A DNA stretch of 64,000 nt from an uncultured bacterium (GCA_963827235.1 CAWHAE010000012.1:416001-480000), one strand, 5' to 3'; counted from the first letter of the stretch, positions 9,910 through 20,082 are shown. The notes: generated by a model from the letters alone, not told the origin. Made by a program: numbers and translations.

Positions 9910-10971
9910 AGGCAAGCCACGCTGGGAACCACATTGGCAGTGGGCGCATACGATGCCCCACGATTCATGACGCTCGTAGGGGGGTCTCAAGGCCCGTCAA
10001 GCGTCAGCGCCCGGCGGGTTCTACCTTGGCCCGACTATAGGGTCGAGCGACCGCGCCAGAAGCCGCTTCGCCGGTCGGTCGGCCGGTCTGATCCGCCGGC
10101 CCGGATCGCTCTCAGCCCGCGGGAACCCGGCGCTGCGTGTAGCAGAAGATAATCCGACCGCCGGGCACGGAGAGGGCCGATCTGGCCGGCACGCGGCCGA
10201 GTCAGGAGGGGTCGCCGGTGCGATCGGCGACCCCATCACTGGAGGATCGGACGCCGTGGCTGCGCCGCGCCCTCCCGCCAGCCTCTATCGGACGGGGGAT
10301 ATTGTCCTCGCGAGACGGCATTTACTGCTCGGAGGATCTTACTGTAGCGTCGCGACCGGTAGCGTTCATCAGCCGGACGGCGGGTGCCCAGGCAACTGAA
10401 CGACCAGCCGATTGGCGGATCCGGCTGCCGGTCTCGTGCTGCTTTCCGCCAGCACTGCCTGCCGGAGTCCGGCCCGGAATGACGGCGGCGGGAGGAAGCG
10501 ATCGGAACCATCGTGTTCCGGAATCAGGCCACGCCAGTTGGCCGACACGCGTGATGGCGTTTCCGACTGCTTGCGCGCCGGTGCCTGCAGCCGTCTGGCC
10601 ATGACGGGGGCCGTGTGATGCTTCGCAGCGACGGAAGCCGTGACCGGCACATGCGGTGGTGGCCGGCAGGGCCGTTGTCCGCCCCGGTCTCGCCGAAGCG
10701 GGCACGTGGGTCGCCGGTTGCTGGCACGCTTCGATTCCGGCGCTTCGAGGTGCTTCGCCGGGAACTGGTACGATCGAAGTCGGCCGATACGCCTCGGCCG
10801 AGGTTTCCTGCGGCGCGCCAATCCCTGGCGCGTCCTTTGCAGGCATGCGGCTACAGCGAGCGGATGGATATGGACCGCCTCGTTCGCTGAACGGCGCCCG
10901 TATGGCGCGCGGCAGGCACGGAGCGGCCCGATGACGTGGCATGGCGATGGATTAGGGAGGTAACTCGGAGG

Positions 10972-12129
10972 ATGGCTGAGCTATTGCCGGATCTGTATCC
11001 TTTTCGAACCGATCCGGTCTACCGGTACTACGTCTGGGGCGGCACGCGGCTGAGCGAGCTCATGGGAAAGCCGGCGGGGCCCGAGGGAACGCTCGCCGAG
11101 TCCTGGGAGATCGGCGACGACGCGGGCGTCACCGAGGGCCCCTGGCAGGGGAAGACGCTGCGCGAAGTCGACGAGGCGACCGGCGGGGGCCTCTCCAACG
11201 GCGCTCCGCACTACCCCAACGCCCGGCTGCCGCTGTTGATCAAATTGTCCGGCTCAGCGCAGGATCTCTCCGTGCAAATTCATCCGAATGACGAGCAGGC
11301 CTTGCGCGATGACCCCGCTCGCGGATTTCCCGGCAAGAGCGAGATGTACCTGATCCTCGACGCCGAGCCCGGCGCGGGAGTCTACTGGGGATTGCGGCCC
11401 GGAGTGACGGCCGCACGCCTCGAGGAGGCTTGCCGCGCAGGCACCGGGGTCTCTACCCTGATCAACTTCGTCCCCGTGAAGGCCGGCGACGTGCTCTTCT
11501 CACCTGCCGGCGTCGTGCACGCCTTGGGCAAGGGCATAGTCTTCTGTGAGGTACAGCAGAACTCGGACATCACCTATCGACTGTACGACTGGGGCCGGCT
11601 CGGCGCGGACGGCACGCCGAGACCGCTGCACCTGGAGCAAGGACTCGCGGTTCTCGACATGAGCAAACAGCGCGGCACCGCGGTCGCGCCGCTCGTCGAT
11701 CCCGAGTTCGCCGCCGGCACACGGCGGACCTTCCTCTGCGCCTGCCAGTACTTCGCCGTCGAGCTTCTCGAGCTGAACGCCGGGCGCCTCGAGTCTGCCG
11801 CCGAACCGGCGGCCGATACTGCCTCATCCCACCAGACAGCGCCAGGAGTCTCAGTCGCGGTCCAGCTTCGCCGCGCCCGATCCTCGATGCGCGGTATCGT
11901 CGTGCTGGACGGTGAAGCAGTCGTTTCAGCCGGCGGCAAAACGGTGACGGCCGGCAAGGGACAGAGTATCGTCGTGCCGGCGGCGCTCGCCGAGTCGGCG
12001 CTGGGTACGAGCGGCACGGCGCGCGTCCTGCTGGCCTACGAGCCGGACCTCGCGGCCGACGTGATCGCGCCTCTGAGCAGCGCGGGCTACACGATGGAGC
12101 AAATCGCTCAGCTCGGCGATCTGAGCTGA
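10972..12129 (+). CDS. manA: Type I mannose-6-phosphate isomerase-like cupin
   Basis: YVWGG, AESWE, LSVQIHP, KSEMY, VHALG, QQNSDITYRLYDWGR. Confidence 0.85.
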   Translation: MAELLPDLYPFRTDPVYRYYVWGGTRLSELMGKPAGPEGTLAESWEIGDDAGVTEGPWQGKTLREVDEATGGGLSNGAPHYPNARLPLLIKLSGSAQDLSVQIHPNDEQALRDDPARGFPGKSEMYLILDAEPGAGVYWGLRPGVTAARLEEACRAGTGVSTLINFVPVKAGDVLFSPAGVVHALGKGIVFCEVQQNSDITYRLYDWGRLGADGTPRPLHLEQGLAVLDMSKQRGTAVAPLVDPEFAAGTRRTFLCACQYFAVELLELNAGRLESAAEPAADTASSHQTAPGVSVAVQLRRARSSMRGIVVLDGEAVVSAGGKTVTAGKGQSIVVPAALAESALGTSGTARVLLAYEPDLAADVIAPLSSAGYTMEQIAQLGDLS

Positions 12130-13034
12130 GTCGCTTGCTGCAGGGCTCGGCGTGCCAGCTCGATGGCGCCCAGCATCCCGCACCGCGACCCGAGGTCGGG
12201 CGGCACGACGTAGGAGTTGATGCCATTCTCATCTACCGCGGCGTGGCGCAGATAGCCGTTGGTGATCGCTCTCACGCGCTCACGGATGCGCGGGAAGAGA
12301 TGCCGCTGCTGCATGACGCCACCGCCGAGCACGACGCGGCGTGGTGACAGCGTGTACATGATGTCGGCAATTGCCGTGGCGAGATAGAACGCCTCCAGGT
12401 CCCAGATGGGATCTTCGGGTGCGAGGCGCTGCGCCGGCTTCCCAGCGCGCGCTGCAAGGGCTGGCCCGCTGGCCATTCCCTCCAGACAGCGGCCGTGAAA
12501 CGGGCACACGCCGGGAAACTCGTCGCCGGCCATGGACGGCATCGCCAGGTGCCCCATCTCGGGGTGGATCAACCCGTGGAGCGGCGCACCGTTGACGCAG
12601 GCGCCGCCGCCGATGCCGGTGCCGACGGTGATGTAGACCACGGGATCGACTCCCTGGCCCGCGCCCCAGCGCTGTTCGGCCAGGGCGGCGGCATTGACGT
12701 CGGTATCGAAGCCCACGGTCACGCCGAGACGGTCGTGGAGTGCGCCGACGATGTTGAGCTGCTGCCAACCTGCCTTCGGCGTCGACGTGATGTAGCCGAA
12801 GGTCGGCGACGCCGTGTCCAGGTCGATGGGACCGAAGGAGGCCAGACCCACCGCTGCCAGCCGCCTACCGCCGCTCGCCTTCTCGAAGAAGCTGAAGACT
12901 TCGCGCAGCGTTCTGTCGGGATCCGTCGTGGGGATGGTTTCCGTGGCCACGATGTCGTCCGGGCCTGTGCCGAGCATGCAATTGAACTTGGTCCCGCCGC
13001 CTTCGATGCCCCCAAAAACGCTGTTATCCATCAT
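12108..13034 (-). CDS. ROK family fructokinase
   Basis: GGIEGGGTKF, SFGP, TPK, DTDVNAAALAE, GTGIGGG, HPEMGH, CPFHGRCLEG. Confidence 0.85.
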   Translation of the reverse strand: MMDNSVFGGIEGGGTKFNCMLGTGPDDIVATETIPTTDPDRTLREVFSFFEKASGGRRLAAVGLASFGPIDLDTASPTFGYITSTPKAGWQQLNIVGALHDRLGVTVGFDTDVNAAALAEQRWGAGQGVDPVVYITVGTGIGGGACVNGAPLHGLIHPEMGHLAMPSMAGDEFPGVCPFHGRCLEGMASGPALAARAGKPAQRLAPEDPIWDLEAFYLATAIADIMYTLSPRRVVLGGGVMQQRHLFPRIRERVRAITNGYLRHAAVDENGINSYVVPPDLGSRCGMLGAIELARRALQQATQLRSPS

Positions 13035-13061
13035 TTCTACCCGTCATAATTCCGAGCTCAT

Positions 13062-14024
13062 CTAGTACACGACGAGCTTGGTTGGCAATACTACCGTCTG
13101 TTGCGGGCTGCCATCGCCGGCCAGTCGAGCAAGCAGCAGGCGCGCGCCTGCACGGCCCATCTCCACCGGGTCGTGCACGATCAGCGCGTCGAGGGCGGAA
13201 ATCATGTCGGCCAGCTCGAGGTCGTCGAACCCAAGCACTGCCACCTGCGCCTTTCGGGCGATCACCGCGTGAAGCACACCCACGCATGCCCTGTTGTTCA
13301 TGGCAAATATGGCTGATGGCGGTTTGGTCGTGTCCAGCAGCTGGCACGCGGATGCCTCCGCGCGTGCCACGGTCCCGGCGCCGAGCTTGAACAGCGACTC
13401 GTCGTACGCAAGGCCGACGGTCGCGAAGGCGGCTCGGTAGCCCGCCAGGCGCTCACCAGCGGTGTACAGGGAAAGGTCGTCGCCCACCACGCCGATTCGC
13501 CGGTGCCCTTGCATGACCAGGTAGGCAATGCCCTGCTGTGCGCCGCCCCGATTATCGAGCAGCACTGAATCCGAGACCTTGTCGGGCGCGGGGCGATCGA
13601 GATACACGCGTGGCATGCGAGCCTCGGCACCCAACGATGCGCGATCGCCAGCCGGCACGACAAGGAGCCCGGCAATATGCTGCTGGCACAGTGCGTGCAC
13701 CAAATCGTGCTCGCGATTCGCGTGCTCCTCGGAGCTGCCAGAGAGGACCAGGAAGCCATGCTGTGCTGCAACCTCCGCCACTCCGCGGGCGATACCGGAG
13801 TAGAACGGGTTGGCCAGGTCGCCGATCACCAGGCCAAGCAAGGGCTGCGACTGCCCCACCCGCAGGCTGCGAGCGACGGCGCTGGGGTGGAATTCGAGCG
13901 CCGTGATCGCCTCCTGCACCCGCTGAGTCGTCTCAGGGCGCACCCCGGCCTCGCCGTTCACTACGCGCGACACCGTCTTCAGGCTCACGCCTGCGGCGGC
14001 AGCCACGTCGCGCATAGTTGCCAT
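13062..14024 (-). CDS. LacI family transcriptional regulator
   Basis: MATMRDVAAAAGVSLKTVSRVVN HTH, NPFYS, GFDD; GGAGG RBS. Confidence 0.95.
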   Translation of the reverse strand: MATMRDVAAAAGVSLKTVSRVVNGEAGVRPETTQRVQEAITALEFHPSAVARSLRVGQSQPLLGLVIGDLANPFYSGIARGVAEVAAQHGFLVLSGSSEEHANREHDLVHALCQQHIAGLLVVPAGDRASLGAEARMPRVYLDRPAPDKVSDSVLLDNRGGAQQGIAYLVMQGHRRIGVVGDDLSLYTAGERLAGYRAAFATVGLAYDESLFKLGAGTVARAEASACQLLDTTKPPSAIFAMNNRACVGVLHAVIARKAQVAVLGFDDLELADMISALDALIVHDPVEMGRAGARLLLARLAGDGSPQQTVVLPTKLVVY

Positions 14025-14145
14025 ACAGCCTCCACCTGTGGCCGGCCGGGCGCGGCACTCTCGTGCGCGGATCGGAGGAACCAGGCCCAAGCACACCCCA
14101 GTCCGAGGAACAAGCCCAAGCACCAGTCTCCAGTCTACACCACCT

Positions 14146-14159
14146 TGACAACGTTGTCA
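14146..14159. promoter_or_regulatory. LacI-type operator 1 (perfect palindrome TGACAACGTTGTCA)
   Basis: 14-bp palindrome with central CG in the intergenic region between the divergent LacI and ABC genes. Confidence 0.8.
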
Positions 14160-14177
14160 CCATGTGGCGGCAGCCAG

Positions 14178-14206
14178 TTGACAACGCTAAAGCTGAGTGC
14201 AATAAT
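14178..14206 (+). promoter_or_regulatory. Sigma70 promoter of the sugar ABC operon
   Basis: TTGACA-17 bp-AATAAT with extended -10 TG; the -35 overlaps a half operator (TGACAACG). Confidence 0.75.
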
Positions 14207-14222
14207 AGGGCGAAGTCGTGCA

Positions 14223-14234
14223 GACAACGTTGTC
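14223..14234. promoter_or_regulatory. LacI-type operator 2 (GACAACGTTGTC)
   Basis: Second copy of the palindrome just downstream of the predicted start site. Confidence 0.8.
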
Positions 14235-14356
14235 ATGTTCCGGCCGTGGCGCGAATGGTCCGCTGCATGGCGTGCCGGGTTGTCGGGCTGCCCCATGAGG
14301 TAAGGGCAACCGGTTACCGGCCTGACGTCGTTGAGCCACGGTTGTCGCGGAGGACA

Positions 14357-15139
14357 GTGGTGGTAGAAGACAAGCAGCCGGTCTTGGAGGCTCGCGGCAT
14401 CACGCGCAGCTTTGGGCGCGTAGTGGCGCTGCGCGGTGCCGACTTCTCGGCCAGACCCGGCGAGGTATCGGCCCTGGTCGGCGATAATGGCGCCGGCAAG
14501 TCGACACTGATCAAGATGTTTTCGGGAGCGTTGCAGCCCGACGGGGGCACGATGCTCCTGGAAGGCAAGCCGATTGCTTTTCACACGCCGCAGGATGCGC
14601 GCCGGCACGGTATCGAGACCGTCTACCAGGATCTGGCTTTGGCGCCTCATCTCGATGTGGCATCGAACCTCTTTCTTGGGCGCGAGGCGCGCGCAGCGGG
14701 GCCGCTGGGCAAGATCGGCTTCCTGAACGACGGCGCCATGCGCAAGCGGGCGGCTCAGGAAATGGCAAGCCTGCAGATCGGCCTCTCGACGGTCCGGCAG
14801 CCTGTGTTTACACTGTCCGGCGGCCAGCGCCAGGCAATTGCTGTGGCGCGCGCCACGGCCTGGGGCAACAAGGTCGTGATCATGGACGAGCCCACCGCCG
14901 CCCTCGGCGTGCGGGAATCGAAGATGGTGCTCGAATTGATCCTGCGCGTGCGCCAGTCGGGAGCCGCGGTAATCATGATCAGCCACAGCATGCCGGAGGT
15001 GTTCGAGGTCGCCGATCGGATCACGATTCTCCGGCTGGGGCGCACCGTCAGGCAGGTTCGGCGCAGCGACACGACGATGACCGAGGTGGTCGCCTTTATG
15101 ACCGGCGCAGCGGTGGAGCGACTGGCGGAGATCGAGTAG
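14357..15139 (+). CDS. Sugar ABC transporter ATP-binding protein (single ATPase domain)
   Basis: GDNGAGKST, VYQDLAL, LSGGQRQ, IMDEPT; GGAGGA RBS before GTG. Confidence 0.95.
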   Translation: MVVEDKQPVLEARGITRSFGRVVALRGADFSARPGEVSALVGDNGAGKSTLIKMFSGALQPDGGTMLLEGKPIAFHTPQDARRHGIETVYQDLALAPHLDVASNLFLGREARAAGPLGKIGFLNDGAMRKRAAQEMASLQIGLSTVRQPVFTLSGGQRQAIAVARATAWGNKVVIMDEPTAALGVRESKMVLELILRVRQSGAAVIMISHSMPEVFEVADRITILRLGRTVRQVRRSDTTMTEVVAFMTGAAVERLAEIE

Positions 15140-16228
15140 ATGAGCACATCAGCCGAGCAAGAAGCAGGCAGTCCGCAGCCGGTCACGCCCGAGCGCCGGA
15201 CGGGCTACCAGCGCGCGATACGGACTGTCCTAGGCGCCAGCAATCTTTACATATTCCTCGTCCTGGTCATACTTCTGGGGCTGTTCAGTCTGATCAGTCC
15301 CGGCCATTCGTTCTGGGGTGTGACGAACTTCAAGAACATCGCCTGGGATAGCGCGGAGACACTGCTGCTGGCGGTCGGCGAGACGTTCGTGATCATCACC
15401 GCCGGTATCGACCTCTCGGTCGGCACCGTGCTCATGCTCTCGGGCATCGTCGCCTCATGGGTGATGGCGGAAACGGGCGGTACTGCCCAGCAGGTCAACA
15501 ACGGCGTGTTTCCTCACGCCGCGGAGGCAATCGCGCTCGGCATCCTGGCCGGCCTCGGCATGGGACTGCTCGCGGGAGCGATCAACGGGTTGCTGGTAAC
15601 GCGACTGAAGCTGCCCGCCTTCATCGTGACTCTGGGCACCTATAGCATCGCCTATGGATTTGGCGAGCTGATATTCTCGGAGGGCGCCACGGGGCAGAAT
15701 TCGATTCCTGTAGGCCCGAACTCGTTTGCCAACTCGTTTGGCGCCGACAACATGCTCCTCGGTCTGCCCACCATGGTATTCGCTGCAGCGGTCGCCGCCT
15801 TGATCGCGCACGTCATTCTCACTCGCACAATCTTTGGCCGCCGCACGTTCGCCGTGGGCAGCAATCTCGAAGCATCGCGCCTGGCAGGCGTGCCGGTGAA
15901 CCTGCATCTCTGGTTGGTCTACGTCCTGTGCGGCGGCATGTCGGCTCTGGCCGGCATTTTCGACCTGGCACGCTACCAGACGATCGACGTGTCCGGCCAC
16001 GCGACCGACAACCTGAACGCCGTGGCCGCCGTGGTGATCGGCGGCACCAGCCTCTTCGGCGGTGTCGGCTCCATACTCGGCACGGTAATCGGCGCCTTCA
16101 TTCCCACGACGTTGCGTTACGGCTTCACCATCCAGGGTGTTTCATCCTTCTGGCAAGACATAGCGGTAGGAACGATCATCATCGTCGCGGTGTTCGTCGA
16201 TCAGGTGAGACGATCACGCGCAACCTGA
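15140..16228 (+). CDS. Sugar ABC transporter permease (RbsC-like)
   Basis: ITAGIDLSVG, PAFIVTLG, AAVVIGGTSLFGG. Confidence 0.95.
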   Translation: MSTSAEQEAGSPQPVTPERRTGYQRAIRTVLGASNLYIFLVLVILLGLFSLISPGHSFWGVTNFKNIAWDSAETLLLAVGETFVIITAGIDLSVGTVLMLSGIVASWVMAETGGTAQQVNNGVFPHAAEAIALGILAGLGMGLLAGAINGLLVTRLKLPAFIVTLGTYSIAYGFGELIFSEGATGQNSIPVGPNSFANSFGADNMLLGLPTMVFAAAVAALIAHVILTRTIFGRRTFAVGSNLEASRLAGVPVNLHLWLVYVLCGGMSALAGIFDLARYQTIDVSGHATDNLNAVAAVVIGGTSLFGGVGSILGTVIGAFIPTTLRYGFTIQGVSSFWQDIAVGTIIIVAVFVDQVRRSRAT

Positions 16229-16362
16229 TGTGTGGCCTCCGGCTGCTGCCGGTCGCCGATTCGCTGCCTAGGAAGGAGGTGGGGGCAGGCTGATGGGGCC
16301 GCCCAGCTATACAGGAACTGTCGTTATGACGTCATCCGAGTAATCGTGAAAGAGGGCCACGA

Positions 16363-17340
16363 ATGCTAAAGCGAGCGCTAATCGGCGGCCTGCTCACCGC
16401 CGCAATCGTCCTTACCACTGCTCCTGTCATGCAGACCACGCATGTGCAGGCCGCGAAGCCGTGGAAGATCATCTTCGTCGCCGGCATCGCCTCCGATGCC
16501 TTCTACATCACCATGAACCATGGCATTCAGGCCGAGGCAAAGACGGAAGGCCTTCCAGCTCCGCAGTTCTCCGGCTCTACGGCCGCGTGGGGCCCGAGCT
16601 ACCAGACCCCGTTCCTGAACGCAGCCATCGCCAAGCATCCGGACCTCATCATCATCGCGCCTACCGATACCGTCGCCATGAAGGCGCCGATCGTGGCTGC
16701 CGTGAAGGCGGGAGTGCCGGTGCTCTTCGTCGATACCACGCTCAACGACCCGTCCATGGCAGTGACCACGATCTCGACCGATAACCTGGCCGGTGGCAGG
16801 GCTGCTGCCGACGCGCTGGCCAAGGCAATCGGCGCCAAGGGCGGCAAGGTCGCGGGCATCAACACGGTGCCCGGCGTGAGCACGACCGACCAGCGCATGG
16901 AGGGATTCAACGCAGAGCTGAAGAAGTACCCCCAGCTCGACAACCTCGGCACGACCTTCGCGACCGACGTGGCGACCAGGGCTGCCACGATCCTCAAGTC
17001 CCTCGTGGCCGCGCACCCGGATCTGGCCGGTGTGTTCGCCATGAACGTAGTGACCGGTGATGGCGTGACCGCAGCGGCCAAGGAAGAGGGCGTGAAGGGC
17101 CTCAAGCTGGTCGAGTTCGACGCCGGTCCGGCCCAGGTAGCAGCGCTCAAGAAGGGGCAGATCACTGCTCTCATCGCGCAATACCCCTATGGCATCGGTC
17201 AGATGGCCGTCAAGCTGGGCGTCGAGTATCTGAACAATCCCAAGGTCAAGCTGGCCCGGCACTATGGCACGCCGACCGGGATCATCACCCCGGCCAACGT
17301 GGGCACTAAGGCCATGGCCAACTTCCTCTACACGCAGTGA
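16363..17340 (+). CDS. Sugar ABC transporter substrate-binding protein
   Basis: Signal peptide, periplasmic-binding-protein type I motifs (ISTDN, FDA, IAQYP). Confidence 0.9.
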   Translation: MLKRALIGGLLTAAIVLTTAPVMQTTHVQAAKPWKIIFVAGIASDAFYITMNHGIQAEAKTEGLPAPQFSGSTAAWGPSYQTPFLNAAIAKHPDLIIIAPTDTVAMKAPIVAAVKAGVPVLFVDTTLNDPSMAVTTISTDNLAGGRAAADALAKAIGAKGGKVAGINTVPGVSTTDQRMEGFNAELKKYPQLDNLGTTFATDVATRAATILKSLVAAHPDLAGVFAMNVVTGDGVTAAAKEEGVKGLKLVEFDAGPAQVAALKKGQITALIAQYPYGIGQMAVKLGVEYLNNPKVKLARHYGTPTGIITPANVGTKAMANFLYTQ

Positions 17341-17373
17341 CGGATCGCTGACCGCGCAGGCGCGGTCCGACGA

Positions 17374-17414
17374 AACGGGGGATGGGCGTCGCGACGTCCA
17401 TCCCCCGTTCCTTT
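17374..17414 (+). terminator. Stem-loop terminator after the ABC operon
   Basis: AACGGGGGATGG...CCATCCCCCGTT followed by CCTTT. Confidence 0.7.
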
Positions 17415-17489
17415 GCCCGCGTCGACAATGTCTCGAATACCGCGCAAGGCCCGCAGTAGCGGCTCTCGGCAGACGCCGGCGGTGCGCCA

Positions 17490-17670
17490 GGCCTTCTGCT
17501 GCGCCACTGACGTTGGCAGCGCCAGCCGGAACGTGCTGCCGGCGGGACCCGTGGCCTCCAGGTCGAGGTTTCCGCCCATGGCCTGCGCCAGGCTGCGTCC
17601 CGGGTACAGACCCATGCCGGTGCCGACGCGCCCCGGGCGAACCTGACTTCCGGCTACGCGCCCGAACCGC
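17490..17670 (-). pseudogene. Histidine kinase HATPase C-terminal remnant
   Basis: GTGMGLY..RSLAQAMGGNLDLEATGPAGSTFRLALP (G2-box region) with no upstream kinase; limits approximate. Confidence 0.6.
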
Positions 17671-17702
17671 GTGAAGTGATGATCGCGCTGATCCATTCCT
17701 GA

Positions 17703-17732
17703 TTGACAAGCCCAGCATGCCAGGTGTAGACT
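17703..17732 (+). promoter_or_regulatory. Putative sigma70 promoter for the SIS/ROK pair
   Basis: TTGACA-18 bp-TAGACT. Confidence 0.45.
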
Positions 17733-17870
17733 CGCCACGACATTCCGGGGAGGCTGCCGGGCATGCGTTAGCCATGTTCAGCTGCGAGAGGTGATCCGAG
17801 GGCAAGTGGGACCTCGGGCGCTCGCGTAGCCGCTCCAGGCACAAGCCTATGTAGCGATACTGTTCGAGGG

Positions 17871-18521
17871 ATGACCGTGGGCGACTCTGACGACACATTG
17901 CGCACGCTGATCGCAAAATACCCAGACCTCCAGGGCTGCGCGCCCCAGATCGGCGAGGCATATGTGCTGCTGGCAGAAGCCTTCCGGAACGGCGGAAAGC
18001 TGCTGCTCTGCGGTAATGGAGGCAGCGCAGCCGATTGCGATCACATCGTGGGCGAGCTGATGAAAGGCTTCGCTCGACGACGGCCGGTCTCCGACGCCGT
18101 TCGCGTGAAGCTTCGGACCGCGTGGCCGCAACAGGGAGACTGGCTGGCCGATCGACTGCAGGGCGCTCTGCCGGCGATCGCGCTGCCCTCGCACGCGGCA
18201 CTTCTCTCCGCCACTGCCAACGACGTGTCGGCGGACATGGTCTACGCCCAGCAGGTATTCGCTTACGGCCGGGCCGGCGACATCCTGCTGGGGATCAGCA
18301 CGTCGGGTAATGCGGTGAACGTGCTGCAGGCACTGCGCGTCGGGCTCGCGCTAGGTCTCAAGACGATCGGTCTGACCGGGCGTACCGGAGGCGCGATGCG
18401 CGACAGTTGCGATGTCGCGATCTGTGTGCCTTACGACCGCACGCACGAGATCCAGGAGCGGCACCTGCCCATCTATCACTGCCTGTGCTTAATGCTCGAG
18501 GGGACGTTTTTCGATTCATGA
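17871..18521 (+). CDS. SIS-domain phosphosugar isomerase (GmhA-like)
   Basis: CGNGGSAADCDHIVGEL, ANDV, ISTSGN, IQERH. Confidence 0.85.
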   Translation: MTVGDSDDTLRTLIAKYPDLQGCAPQIGEAYVLLAEAFRNGGKLLLCGNGGSAADCDHIVGELMKGFARRRPVSDAVRVKLRTAWPQQGDWLADRLQGALPAIALPSHAALLSATANDVSADMVYAQQVFAYGRAGDILLGISTSGNAVNVLQALRVGLALGLKTIGLTGRTGGAMRDSCDVAICVPYDRTHEIQERHLPIYHCLCLMLEGTFFDS

Positions 18522-19510
18522 TGCTCCTTGCCGGGGTCGATATTGGCGGTACAAAGTGCGCCGTGAGCCTGGGACAGGACAACGGCTCGACAGTCGCGGT
18601 CATGGCTCAAGAGCGATTCCTTACTCCCCAGTCCCCTGCCGCGACTATCGACCGGATTGGATGGGAGCTGGAATTGCTGCTGAAGGCCCAGCACGGCAGC
18701 TCGCCCGCGGCAATCGGCATCTGCTGTGGCGGGCCGCTCAACAGTGCTACCGGCATGATCTTGTCTCCGCCGAACCTGCCGGGCTGGGATTGCATCGACG
18801 TGTGCGCGCCCCTCCGCCGGCGCTTCAATATGCCGGTCGGCCTGCAGAACGATGCGAACGCCTGCGCCCTTGCCGAATGGCACTGGGGCGCCGGTCGTGG
18901 GTGCCAGACGATGATCTTCTTGACCTTCGGTACCGGCATGGGCGCCGGGCTCATTCTCGATGGTCGTCTGTTTGAGGGCGCAAGCGGGCTCGCGGGCGAG
19001 GTCGGCCATATCCGCCTCGAAAGCGACGGACCGGTGGGCTACCGCAAGGCCGGCTCGTTTGAGGGGTTCTGCAGCGGCGGTGGCATTGCCCACCTGGCGC
19101 GGACCATGGCCGACGCCGACTTGCGTCTCGGCGGATCGCCGGCGTTCTGCCCGACTCTCGAGCAGCTTCCTACCATCACCGCGCTTGCCGTCGGCGAGGC
19201 AGCACAGCAGGGCGATGCTCTCGCCGTGCAGGTCTGGCGCAAGGTGGGGCACTATCTTGGCCGGGGCCTGGCGATTCTCGTCGATGTCCTCAATCCTGAG
19301 CGCATCGTTCTGGGCAGCATCTATGGCCGCCAGGTAGGGTTGCTGGAACCTGTTGTGCTGGAGGAGCTGCGGCGTGAAGCGTTGCCGGAAATGCTAACCG
19401 CGCTGCAGATATTGCCTGCTGGCCTGGGCGAAGCCGTTGGCGACATAGCCAGTATCGCGGTCGCTCGCTACGCGTTGTCAGGGCATGCCGTGCAGGCCGC
19501 GCAGATCTGA
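18518..19510 (+). CDS. ROK family sugar kinase
   Basis: DIGGTK, NDANACALAE, GTGMGAG, GEVGH; start overlaps the upstream stop (ATGA). Confidence 0.9.
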   Translation: MMLLAGVDIGGTKCAVSLGQDNGSTVAVMAQERFLTPQSPAATIDRIGWELELLLKAQHGSSPAAIGICCGGPLNSATGMILSPPNLPGWDCIDVCAPLRRRFNMPVGLQNDANACALAEWHWGAGRGCQTMIFLTFGTGMGAGLILDGRLFEGASGLAGEVGHIRLESDGPVGYRKAGSFEGFCSGGGIAHLARTMADADLRLGGSPAFCPTLEQLPTITALAVGEAAQQGDALAVQVWRKVGHYLGRGLAILVDVLNPERIVLGSIYGRQVGLLEPVVLEELRREALPEMLTALQILPAGLGEAVGDIASIAVARYALSGHAVQAAQI

Positions 19511-19671
19511 GGTGCGAGCCTTGGGCGCGGCTCGCCAGCGTTCTCGTCGCGCCGGCTGCGCCTTGTCCGGGTGCCGGCGGGCGGAGCGGTCGTCGCAGGT
19601 GCATTGGTCCTGGAATCCATGCGCAGGTGCCGCAGCAGGGGCCTCGCACCCGGCCCGCCAAGCTCCGGCGT

Positions 19672-20082
19672 CTACGGATGCAGCTTCAGACCCTTGATGG
19701 CCTTGTCCACGTCCTTTTTCGGTCCCCGAACAGCGAGTCCCACCAGGTTCGGCGCGTCGGCCGGCTCGGCGCCGAATACCTCTCGATTTGCCGCGTCGTG
19801 GCCCGTGGCAAACATGGCCTCTACATACGCTGCGGTCGTGAGCTCGCGGTCGAGAGCCAGGCGTCGAGCCCGCAACAGCTCGGCAGGTGTTGCCGCGTAG
19901 ACGAAAATCGGCTGGCCGAGCAGCCGCGCATAGCGGCGCCCTGCTGCGTCGAGATACGGCTCACCCATGGCCTCTGGGGCCTCGGCAGCTATGCCCGTGG
20001 ACAGAAAGGCGGCGACGTTGAGCTTTTGCCATTCCGCCAGATCGCCGCGAATGAGGAGCGCCACTTTCGTGTCGAACTCCAC
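19672..20082 (-). CDS. DUF2000 family protein
   Basis: DTKVALLIRGDLAEWQKLNVAAFL, MFATGHDAANR, LKLHP. Confidence 0.75.
   Translation of the reverse strand: MEFDTKVALLIRGDLAEWQKLNVAAFLSTGIAAEAPEAMGEPYLDAAGRRYARLLGQPIFVYAATPAELLRARRLALDRELTTAAYVEAMFATGHDAANREVFGAEPADAPNLVGLAVRGPKKDVDKAIKGLKLHP

Noticed and set aside
14075-14128. Imperfect tandem duplication GAGGAAC..GCCCAAGCAC..CCAGTC
   Set aside because: Two copies only; probably local slippage with no evident function
16378-18201. 607-aa minus-strand ORF and similar long antisense ORFs (600-1544, 25177-26193, 38737-40020)
   Set aside because: GC-rich shadow frames of well-supported genes, no motifs
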